A DNA stretch of 63,884 nucleotides from an uncultured Rhodospirillaceae bacterium (GCA_964652235.1 CAZZDK010000012.1:1-63884); one strand, 5' to 3'. Shown: positions 38,324 through 49,087, numbered from the stretch's first letter. Numbers and translations: made by a program. Notes: generated by a model not told the origin, from the sequence alone.

Positions 38324-39735
38324 TCGAGCGTTTGTTCATGATCGGTCTGGCTTTAATCCCTTTTACGGCGATTCCCGGCCTGCCGTTTCTGGGCGAGCTT
38401 CGCCATGAATTGTCCGCGCATCTTTTCTTTGCGGCTATCGGTCTTTCGGTTTTCTCCCTTTTTTCCGTCAACGGAAGAAACAACCCGTCGGCGCTTTTAA
38501 GACAGGGCGTTTATGGCCTGCCGCAGATTTTTCTTCTCATGCTGGCCGTTATCGCCGTCTCTTTCATCGCAAACTTTCCGACGATCAAGGAAAGCTCCTT
38601 TCAAGGACGCAGCGGCATCGGCAAGTTCGCGTCTTCGACGATCTTGATCTTTTACGGCTTTTCGCTCGCGACGCTCACCTACGCTTTGGCGGCGCGGACG
38701 TCCTGGGGCAAGCTGATCGTCAAGCCGCTTGCCGTCAGCGTCGCCATTTGCGCCGCTTTTTCGGTCGTGGAGATAGCGGGCCAATATAACGGCGCCGTGG
38801 GGAGCGTCTATAAAGCCCTTTCAAGCCTTGTCCACGGGGGCATCGTTTCCGCCGCCTGGGACACGCGGCTGCGTTCCGTGGCGTCCGAACCGCCGGATTT
38901 CGCCAACACGGCGGGCTACATCTGGCCCTGGCTTTTGGCCGCCGCGCAGGCTTCGCGGGGAACCCGCAGACTTTGGTTTTTCGGCCTGTGGCTTGTCCTG
39001 AACGTCATGATCGTCTTGTCCGAAGCGCGGACCAGCCTTGTCGTCGTCTCCGGTCTTTTGGGCGTTTTTCTCGCGCTTCGCCTTTTTTATCTGCCTTTGG
39101 AAGAAAAGCCCGATCCTTTCCGCGCCATGCCTCTTGCCAGCGTGGCGGCCTTGCTCTTCTTGCCCGTTTTGGTTCTTTTGATCGCGTTTTACGCCGACGA
39201 CATCGTCAATCTGGTCGTCATGGGCGACAGAGTTTCGAATCTTTCGCGCCTGGCGTCGATGACGGCGGCGCTTCAAATGTTCGCGGACAGGCCGTTTTTT
39301 GGATTCGGTTTCGGGCAGTTCGGCTTTCACGTCACCGACTATATGCCCTCCTGGGGGTTTTTGAGCTACGAGATTCGCGAATGGCTTTTCCAGGAAACCG
39401 GCTATTGGCCGGCCGTCTATTCGGTCTATGCGCGATTCGGCGCGGATATGGGAATTGCGGGCGTCCTGATGTGGATCGGCCTTTGGCTCTTTCTCGCGCG
39501 GGCGGTCTGGCGGGCCTCGCGGAATTACCGCCTCGCAACCGGCGAGTTGCCTTTTGCCGCCTATCCCCTGATCATGAGTTGCTTTTGCGTCTTGCTTGCG
39601 GGCATTCCCAACGACAGCATTCGCGCGCCGATGATCTGGATCAATATGGGACTTGTCTGCCGCTATCTTCACGAAATGCGCCTAGGGCAAGCGGCGCGCG
39701 TGCGGACGCAGCCTGAAGAGGAACTCGGCCCATGA
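38320..39735 (+). CDS. Wzy polymerase/O-antigen ligase family
   Basis: Multi-TM; EP..F, S.ART, GFGFGQF. Confidence 0.78.
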   Translation: MIERLFMIGLALIPFTAIPGLPFLGELRHELSAHLFFAAIGLSVFSLFSVNGRNNPSALLRQGVYGLPQIFLLMLAVIAVSFIANFPTIKESSFQGRSGIGKFASSTILIFYGFSLATLTYALAARTSWGKLIVKPLAVSVAICAAFSVVEIAGQYNGAVGSVYKALSSLVHGGIVSAAWDTRLRSVASEPPDFANTAGYIWPWLLAAAQASRGTRRLWFFGLWLVLNVMIVLSEARTSLVVVSGLLGVFLALRLFYLPLEEKPDPFRAMPLASVAALLFLPVLVLLIAFYADDIVNLVVMGDRVSNLSRLASMTAALQMFADRPFFGFGFGQFGFHVTDYMPSWGFLSYEIREWLFQETGYWPAVYSVYARFGADMGIAGVLMWIGLWLFLARAVWRASRNYRLATGELPFAAYPLIMSCFCVLLAGIPNDSIRAPMIWINMGLVCRYLHEMRLGQAARVRTQPEEELGP

Positions 39736-40703
39736 CCAAGGTTTCGGTCGTCGTGCCGGTTTTCAACGGACAGGATACTTTGGCGCGCGCGCTGGAATCT
39801 CTTCGCGCGCAAACGATGACGGATTGGGAAGCGCTCGTTATCGACGACGGATCGACAGACCGGACCGCTGAGATCGCGCGCGGCCTGGCGCAAAAGGACG
39901 CGCGGATTCGCTACGAAGCCCTGCCGCGCAACCGGGGCGTGAGCGCCGCCCGCAATAGGGCGCTTGACAAGGCCGAGGGCGAATGGATCACGCCGCTGGA
40001 CGCGGACGATTGGTATGAGCCGCAAAGGCTGGAAAAAATGCTTGAAGGCGCCCTGTCGTGCGGCGCCGACGCCGTCCTCGACGAATTGCTGATTAGCGAC
40101 CATGCGACGGGCGCGATCGTCGAGCGGACGCGCTTTTGCGGGTCCGGCGCGGCGCGGCTTCTTTCGGGAAGGGAAGTGTTCGAAAAAGACACGCCCTTTT
40201 CGCGCGTCGCCATCGGCTATGCGCGGCCCCTTATCCGCCGCGATTTTTTGCGGGACAAGCTGCTTCGTTACGACGAAAGGTTTCATCTGGGCGAAGATTT
40301 TCTTTTTCTGGCCGAGATGGTCCTACGGGGCGGCAGAGTCTTTACGCTGCCCTTTGCGGCCTATGTCCACGTCCGAAGGCTTTCGCCGACGACGGGAGAG
40401 GTCTCGCCCTTCTCGCGTTCGCAAAACGATTTTGAGCAGATAGCGAGGGGCTGCGAGATTCTTCGAGCGCGCTACGAGGAAGTTTCAGGCGAGGTTCGCC
40501 GCGCGATGAACCGGCGCTGCCGCGCTTTCGGGCGGTTGGCTCGTGCGCGGCGGCTCAAGCTTCTTTGGCAGGAAAGGGACGTCGCCGGTTTTTTGCTCGC
40601 GCTTGCGCGCCGACCGGACGTTTTCGTCTTCGTCTTTCTCGTGGGTCTTTCGCGTTTTTTAGGCCGCTATACCGGGCAACGCCTGAACGGCGCCGCTCTT
40701 TGA
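39732..40703 (+). CDS. GT2 glycosyltransferase
   Basis: DDGSTD, G.SAARN, LDADD, GED. Confidence 0.92.
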   Translation: MTKVSVVVPVFNGQDTLARALESLRAQTMTDWEALVIDDGSTDRTAEIARGLAQKDARIRYEALPRNRGVSAARNRALDKAEGEWITPLDADDWYEPQRLEKMLEGALSCGADAVLDELLISDHATGAIVERTRFCGSGAARLLSGREVFEKDTPFSRVAIGYARPLIRRDFLRDKLLRYDERFHLGEDFLFLAEMVLRGGRVFTLPFAAYVHVRRLSPTTGEVSPFSRSQNDFEQIARGCEILRARYEEVSGEVRRAMNRRCRAFGRLARARRLKLLWQERDVAGFLLALARRPDVFVFVFLVGLSRFLGRYTGQRLNGAAL

Positions 40704-40845
40704 CATCACTCGCTCTTCGCCTCGCCTGCCTCTTGCAGACTGGAACATCGCTTGTTTATGACAGAGGCCTTTCAGTCTGCGAGAGGCAGGCTCCTCGCAA
40801 CCGCTCGTGACCTAAACGAATGCGCCTAACCGTTCGTTGGTATTA
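40668..40845 (-). repeat. ~178-bp hairpin element, copy B
   Basis: TATACC...GGTATTA ends; right end is the stop codon of the convergent GT4 gene. Confidence 0.9.
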
Positions 40846-41964
40846 TATCCCTCTACATCTCAGAATCTCCGCATAATGCCGCGTGGCGGTTTCGACGGAA
40901 AAAGAGCGGCCCCGTTCCTCAAGCGCCGCTCGGTCCGGCGAGGAATCCAGCGCGCGCAACATTTCTTTGGCCAGAGCGAGCGGATCGCGCGGCGGCACCA
41001 GGGCGCCGAGCTTTCCGTCCATCAGAATCTCGCGCGGCCCGCCGCAATCGGTGCTGACGACCTTTGCGCCGCAGGCCAGGGCTTCGGCGACGACGTTGCC
41101 GAAGGACTCGCTTGTCGAGGAAAGAACGAAAAGATCCGCGGCCTTAAGGGCGCTGAAAACGTTGGGAACGGCGCCGGGAAGGGCGACGGAATCTTCAAGC
41201 CTCAAGGCGCGAACCATACGTTCCAAACGGGCGCGCTCGCTGCCTTCGCCGAAGATCAGCAGTTTCAACGGGCGGCATTTAAGCGCGTCGGCAAAGGCGC
41301 GCAAAAGGGTGGGATAATCCTTAACCGGCAAGAGCCGCCCGATGGACACAAGAACAGGCGCGGTCTTGTTTTGTAGCCAGGGATGGGGCGGTGGATTCGA
41401 GGCCAGTTTCGCGAAATCGTCCGGAATGACGGGATTGTAGATGGTGCGGGTTTTGCCGGGGTCAAGGCCGATCAGACGAACCAGTTCCAGCGTCGCCGCG
41501 TTCGAGACCGAGACGACTTCGTCCGCCAGTCTGTAGGCGAGGCTCAGAAAAAGGCGCTTGAGCTTGTTGCGAACGGTTTTCGTCGCCTCAAGCCGCATAT
41601 GCTCGACCAGGATGAGCTGTGGCTTCGTGCGGGAGAGCTTGACCGCCAGCGCGAGCGCCACGTTCAAAAGAGGCAAACCGCTGATAAGGGCGGTAGGACG
41701 CCGTTGGCGAAGAAAGCGGATTGTCGCGGGAAAGGCTCTGGCGACGCCCCAGAGGCCGTAACTTCCGCCGGGAAGCTTGACGACTTCGAAAGAAGCCTCG
41801 GCTTCTCTTAAAAGCTCGCCTTCTGCCCGGATGACGAGGAAGACGGGGGAAAAGCCGCAGCGCTTCAGCCCCCCGGCCAGACGCAGCGCGAACCATTCCG
41901 TTCCGCCGCTTTTCAGACTGGAAAGGTAAAAAACGACGCGCGGAGCCGACGGGGGAACGTCCAT
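40843..41964 (-). CDS. GT4 glycosyltransferase
   Basis: GGTE, GRL...K, ESFGNVVAEALACG. Confidence 0.92.
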   Translation of the reverse strand: MDVPPSAPRVVFYLSSLKSGGTEWFALRLAGGLKRCGFSPVFLVIRAEGELLREAEASFEVVKLPGGSYGLWGVARAFPATIRFLRQRRPTALISGLPLLNVALALAVKLSRTKPQLILVEHMRLEATKTVRNKLKRLFLSLAYRLADEVVSVSNAATLELVRLIGLDPGKTRTIYNPVIPDDFAKLASNPPPHPWLQNKTAPVLVSIGRLLPVKDYPTLLRAFADALKCRPLKLLIFGEGSERARLERMVRALRLEDSVALPGAVPNVFSALKAADLFVLSSTSESFGNVVAEALACGAKVVSTDCGGPREILMDGKLGALVPPRDPLALAKEMLRALDSSPDRAALEERGRSFSVETATRHYAEILRCRGI

Positions 41965-42083
41965 AAAGTTAACTGTTGCGATGGTCGATGGTCTGTGGTC
42001 CTGTCCAAGGCGAGGCGTATTCTAAAGGGACCGCTCTCTTTCTGCAAGAAAGAAGGCGTTCTTTTATCCAAGAGAAGGCATAG

Positions 42084-43334
42084 ATGAAATCCGGCAAACT
42101 GTTTTCTAAAGTCGCGACAATGGGACTTCGAGGCCTTTCTCTGGCTTCAAAGCTTATCCTGACCCTTTATATGGGCCGTTATCTCGGTCTGGCCGATCTG
42201 GGCGTTTACGGCCTGGTGTTCGGAGCCGTCATGATCGCCTGCGTCGTTTTGGGCGGACGGCTCGATTTCGTCGTGACGCGGGATCTCGTGGGGCAGTCGG
42301 ACCTGGGCGCCCTGACGCGAATGCGCGACCAGGCGGTTTATTACGGGTTCAATTATCTTTTGTTTTTGTGTCTTATCGCGCTTTTGGCCGCGCTGAGGAT
42401 CGCGCCGCCGTTCATACTCTTTTCCGTTGCCGCGCTCTCGATTCTTGAGAGCCTTTCGAACATGACGTCCGTCAACCTGATCGCTCTTGAAAGACCGACG
42501 CTTTCGACGTTTTTGTTCTTCGTTCGCGCGGGGCTTTGGTGCCTGGTCGTCGCGGCGATCGGAATCTTTTTCCCCGCCACCCGCAATGTTGAAACGGTTC
42601 TTGTCGGCTGGATGATCGGCAGCGGCGCGAGCTTTCTTTTGACCCTTTATGTCTGGAGGTCCTTGCCCTGGGCCGAAGCTCTGCGCACGCCCGTCGATTG
42701 GCCGCGCCTGAAACGCGGCATTAAAAAAAGTTTTCCGATCTGGCTCGGCACGCTGGGCGGCGTGGCGGCCTTACACGTGGATCGGTTCATCGTGTCCTAT
42801 TATCTGGATCTGGAAAAAGTGGGGGTCATTACGTTTTTTGCTTCTTTTTCCATGGCGCTTCTTTCGCTCGTTCAAAGCGGCTTTTTCGCCTTCGCCATCC
42901 CGCGCCTGATCCGGCATCACAAAAGCGGCGAGACCGAAGCTTTCTGGCGCGAGACCCGTGCGACGCTCTGGCAAACGGGGTGGTTTGTCGGCGCGGCGGC
43001 GCTCGTGGTCGGTTTCGCCGTCCCCGTCCTGGGCGGCCTTTTGGGTAAACCTCTCATCGCCCTCGAATCGCCGACGCTTTGGCTTTTGCTGGCCGCCGTT
43101 TGGATTCGGGGACAGGCAGACGCCTTATATTACGTTCTCTACGCCCGGCATCAGGATTGGGTGAATTGGACGGGCGACCTCCTGTTCCTTGTGCCTTCGT
43201 TGGGCGGGAACCTTTTACTGATTCCCCTTTGCGGGCTTGAGGGGGTGGGCTACAGCTCGATTCTGGCCGCCTGTTTCCTTTTGGCCTGGCACGCCTTCTT
43301 TGTGAAATACCCAAACACGAAAATATTTTTGTGA
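42084..43334 (+). CDS. Wzx-like flippase
   Basis: About 12 TMs, G.YGL, DRF; inside the EPS cluster. Confidence 0.75.
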   Translation: MKSGKLFSKVATMGLRGLSLASKLILTLYMGRYLGLADLGVYGLVFGAVMIACVVLGGRLDFVVTRDLVGQSDLGALTRMRDQAVYYGFNYLLFLCLIALLAALRIAPPFILFSVAALSILESLSNMTSVNLIALERPTLSTFLFFVRAGLWCLVVAAIGIFFPATRNVETVLVGWMIGSGASFLLTLYVWRSLPWAEALRTPVDWPRLKRGIKKSFPIWLGTLGGVAALHVDRFIVSYYLDLEKVGVITFFASFSMALLSLVQSGFFAFAIPRLIRHHKSGETEAFWRETRATLWQTGWFVGAAALVVGFAVPVLGGLLGKPLIALESPTLWLLLAAVWIRGQADALYYVLYARHQDWVNWTGDLLFLVPSLGGNLLLIPLCGLEGVGYSSILAACFLLAWHAFFVKYPNTKIFL

Positions 43335-43494
43335 AAGTAAATACGCCTTGAAAGTATTTAGCCGGAAACGGCGGAAAAGCTCGATTCTTAAAATTTGAGC
43401 TAAAAGCTAAAATATCTAATTATATCAATAATTAAGCGCAGATTAGGCGCCTTCGTTTAGAGTGAAATCATCACGAGCGATTGTGGTGATTTCG

Positions 43495-44013
43495 ATGAAA
43501 AGAATTACTTTCACCCTTTTGATTTTAGCCCTTTTGATCGGCTTTTCCCCGGCGGCTCGCGCCGAGCTTGACGACGGGACCGCCGTTCCGGCTTCGGTCG
43601 TTCGTCCCCTGATGTCCTGGGTCGAAAAAGAATTGGGCGTCAAAGTCCCCTATCTGCCCAATGTCGTGGCCAGTCGGACTCAGCTTTTGCAGGTCGTCAG
43701 CCGGATGGGTCCCCTGGCCGGCCGGGCGCGGGCGCTTTATATTGGCGGGACAGTGTTGCTTGATAGTCGCATCTTTGACGCGGAAGAATCGACCCAATTG
43801 AGCTTCCTTTTACACGAATTGGTCCATTATGCCCAGACGTTCCGGCACGTCCCGGCGGGCGCCTGCGCGCAGGCCCGCGAGTACGAGGCCTACAGCCTTC
43901 AGAATAAATGGCTGCAAGAACAAGGCCATGCGCCCATCGTCTCGGCCTCCTGGATCAAAAAAATGGCCTCCTGCCCTGCGGATACGACCATCGCCTTGGC
44001 TCAATCCCGTTAA
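43495..44013 (+). CDS. Secreted HExxH protein (DUF6647-like)
   Basis: Signal peptide; LLHELVHYAQ...E.EAY..Q..W. Confidence 0.7.
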   Translation: MKRITFTLLILALLIGFSPAARAELDDGTAVPASVVRPLMSWVEKELGVKVPYLPNVVASRTQLLQVVSRMGPLAGRARALYIGGTVLLDSRIFDAEESTQLSFLLHELVHYAQTFRHVPAGACAQAREYEAYSLQNKWLQEQGHAPIVSASWIKKMASCPADTTIALAQSR

Positions 44014-44036
44014 GAAATACGGCCCTTTTAACTCTG

Positions 44037-44068
44037 AAACGCCCCTTTCCCCCAGGGGCGTTTTTTTT
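44037..44068 (+). terminator. Intrinsic terminator
   Basis: AAACGCCCCT stem AGGGGCGTTT followed by a T-run. Confidence 0.8.
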
Positions 44069-44163
44069 ATAGCCGTGAAAGCAATTCCCTAAAAAAGACT
44101 GGCAAAATCAGCCTTTTTTGTTTACAACGAATACCGAATAACTCAGCCCGATTGGGGGAACAC

Positions 44164-44724
44164 ATGAAAAAGAAACTTGGAACGTCTTTTTTGGCGAGCT
44201 TTTTTTTGACGGTCTTTTTGCTGGGCGGTTCGGCCCTGGCGGCCAGCGTCGCCGAACAGGCGCAAGCCGCTCTGGCTAAAAAGGATCTGGCTCCTTTGCG
44301 CGCGCTTTTGGACCAGGGTCCGGGCGCGATTGACGACGTTGTGAAAGCTCTTTTGAAGGCCGTTCAGCAGAACCTGACGTCCGATCCGGGCTTTGCCCAG
44401 CAAAGCATCACAATGGCGGGCCAGTATGCCACGCAAATCACCCCGCCGACGGTTCCTTCCGTTTGCGCCGATATGCGCCGCATTGCCGAGTCCGTTGCCG
44501 CCAACCAGCCGATCAGCGCGCCGCTTTACAGCGCGGTGGCCGAGGCTGCTCGGAGCTTTGCGGAAGCGCCGGTCGTCGTCGCGGCGGGCCGTCCGAATCT
44601 TTGCGAGGAAGCCTGGCTGCAAATTGCCAATCTGGCGGGCGATCCGCTTTTAGCCCAGACAAGCGTCCACCGGGATCCTCGGCCCGTTCCGCCGCCGCCG
44701 CCCATCCCGCCTAGCGCCGACTGA
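44164..44724 (+). CDS. Secreted helical protein with Pro-rich tail
   Basis: Signal peptide ending ALA; GGGGA RBS. Confidence 0.65.
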   Translation: MKKKLGTSFLASFFLTVFLLGGSALAASVAEQAQAALAKKDLAPLRALLDQGPGAIDDVVKALLKAVQQNLTSDPGFAQQSITMAGQYATQITPPTVPSVCADMRRIAESVAANQPISAPLYSAVAEAARSFAEAPVVVAAGRPNLCEEAWLQIANLAGDPLLAQTSVHRDPRPVPPPPPIPPSAD

Positions 44725-44762
44725 GTTCATCCACGTTTAACCAGAACACCGAAGAGGATCGA

Positions 44763-46088
44763 ATGCGTATCGAAACAAAACTGGGCTCAACCGCCCTTCT
44801 GGCCGTTCTTGTTTTTGCCAGCCAGACGGGACCTGCTCTTGCCTACGGTCCCGAAGGCCTTTTCGGCGGTCGTCCGCAGCCCGACAGTTCTCTCGTCCTG
44901 GGCGAGCCGGTCGAGCTTCGCAACGACAGGCCGGAACGCGCCGAGTCCGTTCTCGACCATCCTCGCCCGGATTACGATCCGGCGCCGATCGAGTTCGGTT
45001 CCTTCGAATTGTTCCCCACCCTTGAACTGGGCGAAACCTACGACACGAACATCTATGCCGCGCGCAATGATCGCCGCGACGACATGATCGGCACCGTCCG
45101 TCCGATCGTAAGCCTGTTTTCCAATTGGGGGCGGCACGCTTTGTCCGTCACCACGTTCGGCGACATCAACTATTACAGCGAGCATCCGGACGAGAATTAT
45201 CATAACGCCGTCATCGACGTGAACGGACGTTACGACATCGTGAACCAGGAATGGCTCGCGGCGCGCGGCGGCTATCAGCATCTGGCCGAGCAGCGGTCCT
45301 CGCCGAACGCGGTCAACGGTTCCGAGCCGACGACCTTCGGTCTGGCCAAAGCGGGCCTGACCTTCTATCGCGGCATCGGGCAGGTGAAGCTGAACGCCGA
45401 TTACGACTTCAAGCGGTTCGACTATAACAACACGCCCTCTACGAACGGGACCATCGACCAGAGCGGGCGGGATCGCGACGAGCACGTGATGGGCGCCACC
45501 ATCGGCTACGATCTGTCGGGGAATGTGCGTCCCTACATCAAGGGCGCGTACAACATCCGCGAATACGACAACAACCCGACGCACAAGTCGGACGGGTACA
45601 ATGCCGTTCTCGGCGCGACGATGGACTTCGGCGGCATCACGTCGCTCGATCTCTTCGCGGGCTACATGGTGCAGAACTACGACAAGTTCATCGTCAAAAA
45701 GACGGTCTCGTCCCCGAGGGTCGGCGGGCGTCTCGACTGGAACGTGACGGGCCTGACTTCCGTTGTTCTCGAAGCCGACCGGACGATCGAAGAAACCACG
45801 CACACGGGCTATAACAGCTTCTTCTCCACCGGCGGTTCGGCTACCGTGACGCACGAGCTTCTTCGCAACGTGCTTGTGGAAGCTAACTTCGCCTTCACGC
45901 GTAACGACTTTAACGGCACCGGCACGCGCCAGGATGACGTGATCAATGCGGGCCTCGGCGGTCGTTATCTCATCAACAGAAACCTTTACACGGACCTTCT
46001 GTACAGCTGGGAGCGCCGCTATTCCACGGACGACGGATCTAAGTATCTCAGGAACATGGGAACGGTCCGTCTGGGCGTGAGGCTCTAA
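44763..46088 (+). CDS. EPS-associated outer-membrane beta-barrel
   Basis: Signal peptide, RP.YDP, YD.NIY, amphipathic strands; precedes wza-wzc. Confidence 0.85.
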   Translation: MRIETKLGSTALLAVLVFASQTGPALAYGPEGLFGGRPQPDSSLVLGEPVELRNDRPERAESVLDHPRPDYDPAPIEFGSFELFPTLELGETYDTNIYAARNDRRDDMIGTVRPIVSLFSNWGRHALSVTTFGDINYYSEHPDENYHNAVIDVNGRYDIVNQEWLAARGGYQHLAEQRSSPNAVNGSEPTTFGLAKAGLTFYRGIGQVKLNADYDFKRFDYNNTPSTNGTIDQSGRDRDEHVMGATIGYDLSGNVRPYIKGAYNIREYDNNPTHKSDGYNAVLGATMDFGGITSLDLFAGYMVQNYDKFIVKKTVSSPRVGGRLDWNVTGLTSVVLEADRTIEETTHTGYNSFFSTGGSATVTHELLRNVLVEANFAFTRNDFNGTGTRQDDVINAGLGGRYLINRNLYTDLLYSWERRYSTDDGSKYLRNMGTVRLGVRL

Positions 46089-46109
46089 GGAAAAGGCGTA
46101 AAGGGAGCG

Positions 46110-46766
46110 GTGGGCATGGGAACGCGCAAAATACTTTCTTTCGTTTTTTTGTGCGGCCTTTTGCTCTCGGCTCCCTCGCTTTCTTTCGCGGGCGTGGATC
46201 GGATTCCTTCGGCTCGCGCTTCGTCCGCCCCGGCGGAAACCGAAGGCTATATCCCCGACCAGGGCGCAGCGCCCTCTCTCGCCCCGACCGGGCAGACCTC
46301 TTCCTCTCAGGCTTATGTTTTGGGCGTGGGCGACCGCATTCGCATGACCGTTTTCGGCGAGGCCGATTTGTCCGGCGATTACGAAGTCGGCAGCACGGGC
46401 TTTGTGGCGCTCCCCCTGATCGGCGACGTTAAAGCGGCCGGACAGCCTCTTCAGGCTTTTGAACAGGCCGTCAAACAAAAATTGTCGCAAGGCTATTTGC
46501 GCGACCCGCGCGTCAGCGCCCAGGTCGTGAATTACAGGCCCTTTTTCATTCTGGGCGAAGTCGCCAAACCCGGCAGCTACCCTTACGTCAACGGCATGAC
46601 CGTTTTGAACGCCGTGGCTTTGGCCGGCGGCTATACGTACCGCGCGGACCGTTCGGACGTGACGGTGACGCGATCAGGGGATGGGGAAAAGCAGGAAACC
46701 AAGGTTCCGGAAACCGCCGTCATAATGCCGGGGGATATTATTCGCGTTCCGGAAAGATTTTTCTGA
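46110..46766 (+). CDS. wza: Polysaccharide export protein (Wza/OPX)
   Basis: Y.LG.GD, LPLIG, GEV.KPG.YP, PGD.I.VPERFF. Confidence 0.88.
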   Translation: MGMGTRKILSFVFLCGLLLSAPSLSFAGVDRIPSARASSAPAETEGYIPDQGAAPSLAPTGQTSSSQAYVLGVGDRIRMTVFGEADLSGDYEVGSTGFVALPLIGDVKAAGQPLQAFEQAVKQKLSQGYLRDPRVSAQVVNYRPFFILGEVAKPGSYPYVNGMTVLNAVALAGGYTYRADRSDVTVTRSGDGEKQETKVPETAVIMPGDIIRVPERFF

Positions 46767-46846
46767 ATTTAAGGCCCTTTTGCCCCCTTTCAAGACAGGG
46801 GTTTTGAAGGTTTTTTAAGCGCTTTGTTTTACTTTGAGGAGTTTTT

Positions 46847-49087
46847 ATGCCTGTCCTTAAGTCCCTGCCTGGAGATTTTCCCGTGCCCAGCGAAACGCCG
46901 CCCGCTCTTTCAACGAACGCGCTAGGGGGATCGTTCCTCAAAGGGGTCGATCTGCGCGAGACCACGCGCCTTTTACGCCGCCGCATCCAAATCGTTTTGC
47001 GCCTAACCGTGTTGTGCGCCGCGCTGGGTCTTTTGGCCGCGCTTGTTCTTTCGCCCCAATACAAGGCCGAGGTGATCCTTCTTCTCGATCAGCGCCAGCC
47101 CAAGGTCATGGATGTGGGCGCGGCCATTTCGGGCCTGCCGACCGACAATGCGGCGGTGCGCAGCGAAATGGACATTCTAACGTCGCGAGGGGTCATTGAT
47201 CGCGTCATCAAGAAACAGGGGCTGATCGGCGATCCCGAATTCTCGAAGAAAAAGAAAATCTGGGATAAATGGTTCGGCCCTGGCGGCCTTTTCCGCCGCG
47301 CCGATAAAGAAGCCGATGCCCAGGCCGCCGAAGAAGAGGCCAAAAGGCAATGGACGGAAGTCGCGCAAGCGATTCAAGACAGGCTTAAGGTCGAAAACGA
47401 CGGGCGCTCGTTCAGCATCAAGCTGACTTTCACTTCGCGCGATCCTAAGAAGGCCGCGCAAATCGCCAACGCTATCGCCGACGAATACCTTGTCGATCAA
47501 CTTGAGGCGAAATACGAAGTCGTGGCGCGGGCCAACAAATGGCTCAGCGAAAGGCTGGCGACGCTTCGCACGCAGGTTGAGACAACCGAGCAGGCGGTGG
47601 AAGCTTTTCGCCAGAAGGCTAATCTCATTCAGATTAACGGCGACACCGTTTCCATGCGCCAGATGCAGGAAGTCAACACGCAGCTGATTACGGCGAGAGC
47701 CGCGACGTCCCAGGCCGAAGCGCGGCTGAGGAACGCGGAAATCATGGTGCAATCCAGCGGCGGACTCGAGGGCGCGACCGACGTTTTGGCTTCGCCGCTT
47801 ATTCAGAAACTGAGAGAGCAGGAAGCGGAGGTGCGCCGCAAGGAAGCCGAACTTTCCACGCGCTACGGCGATCGCCATCCGACCCTTATCAACGCGCGCG
47901 CTGAACGGCATGATTTGCAGCGCAAGATACAGGAAGAGGTGCAAAAAATTCTGAGGTCTCTTGCCGGCGAAGTGAAAATTGCCCAGGCGAAGGAGCAGCA
48001 ACTTCAAAGGGATCTTAACAATCTGGAAGCCAAGGCGGGGGCCGAGCTGAAAGACACCGTTCAATTGCGCCAGTTGCAGCGCGAAGCGGACGCGAACCGG
48101 ACGCTCTATGAGAATTTTCTTTCCCGCTTCAAGCAGACATCCGAGCAGCAGGATATGCAGTTGCCCGACACGCGGATCATCGCGCGCGCCGACACGCCGG
48201 TTTCCCCCGCTTTTCCGGTCAAGTGGCTGTTTATGGCCGTCGGCGCGATTGTAGGCGGTATGCTTGGCGTGGTCGCGGCCTATGTCCTCGAATTCCTGGA
48301 TCGCGGCTATCGCACCGCGCCCCAGGTTGAAGAGGGAACGGGAATGCCGGTCGTCGGCCAGGTGCCGAGTCTCAAGAAAATCTCCAAGGCTGCGCCGGAA
48401 ATGTACGTCATCGAAAAGCCCCTGTCCGCCTATACCGAATCCCTGCGAACCGTGCGGACGGCCATTCATTTCTCGAACGTGGACAATCCGCCCAAGAGCG
48501 TCATGGTCACCAGTTCCGGTCCCGGCGAGGGCAAGACGACCTTCTGCCTGTCTTTAGGGCGGGCGCTTGCGGCTTCGGGCCACAAGATTTTGCTGATCGA
48601 TGCCGATATGCGCCGTCCGCGCTTGGCGCGCATTCTGGGGATCACCGCCAACGGGCGCGATCTGGCTTCGCTGTTGACGGGGACGAATACGATCGAAAAA
48701 GTCGTCCGGCAGGATCCGCTCGTCACCGGCCTTGACATCATACCGGCTTTCGGACGCACGCCGAACGCGCAGGATTTGCTCGGCTCCAAGCAGATGAAAA
48801 AGTTCATGCAGGAAATCGGCGCCAAATACGATCTGGTGATCGTGGACACGCCGCCGATCCTTGCGGTTTCGGACGCCGCCATGATCGCGCGCGTCGTCGA
48901 TACGAGCCTGTTCGTCGTCAAGTGGGCCGAAACGGCGCGCGACGCCGTGACCCAGGCGCTCAAGCAGCTCAAGACGCTGGATTGCCGCATCGCGGGCGTG
49001 ATCCTAAATCAGGTCAATCTGCACGAGCTTGCCAGCTACGGCGAGGGCTACCACAGCCACAGGTATCATGCCTACTACACGAACTGA
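46847..49087 (+). CDS. wzc: Polysaccharide co-polymerase/tyrosine kinase
   Basis: Two TMs, coiled coil, GEGKTT, DADMRRP, DTPP, Tyr-rich tail. Confidence 0.92.
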   Translation: MPVLKSLPGDFPVPSETPPALSTNALGGSFLKGVDLRETTRLLRRRIQIVLRLTVLCAALGLLAALVLSPQYKAEVILLLDQRQPKVMDVGAAISGLPTDNAAVRSEMDILTSRGVIDRVIKKQGLIGDPEFSKKKKIWDKWFGPGGLFRRADKEADAQAAEEEAKRQWTEVAQAIQDRLKVENDGRSFSIKLTFTSRDPKKAAQIANAIADEYLVDQLEAKYEVVARANKWLSERLATLRTQVETTEQAVEAFRQKANLIQINGDTVSMRQMQEVNTQLITARAATSQAEARLRNAEIMVQSSGGLEGATDVLASPLIQKLREQEAEVRRKEAELSTRYGDRHPTLINARAERHDLQRKIQEEVQKILRSLAGEVKIAQAKEQQLQRDLNNLEAKAGAELKDTVQLRQLQREADANRTLYENFLSRFKQTSEQQDMQLPDTRIIARADTPVSPAFPVKWLFMAVGAIVGGMLGVVAAYVLEFLDRGYRTAPQVEEGTGMPVVGQVPSLKKISKAAPEMYVIEKPLSAYTESLRTVRTAIHFSNVDNPPKSVMVTSSGPGEGKTTFCLSLGRALAASGHKILLIDADMRRPRLARILGITANGRDLASLLTGTNTIEKVVRQDPLVTGLDIIPAFGRTPNAQDLLGSKQMKKFMQEIGAKYDLVIVDTPPILAVSDAAMIARVVDTSLFVVKWAETARDAVTQALKQLKTLDCRIAGVILNQVNLHELASYGEGYHSHRYHAYYTN

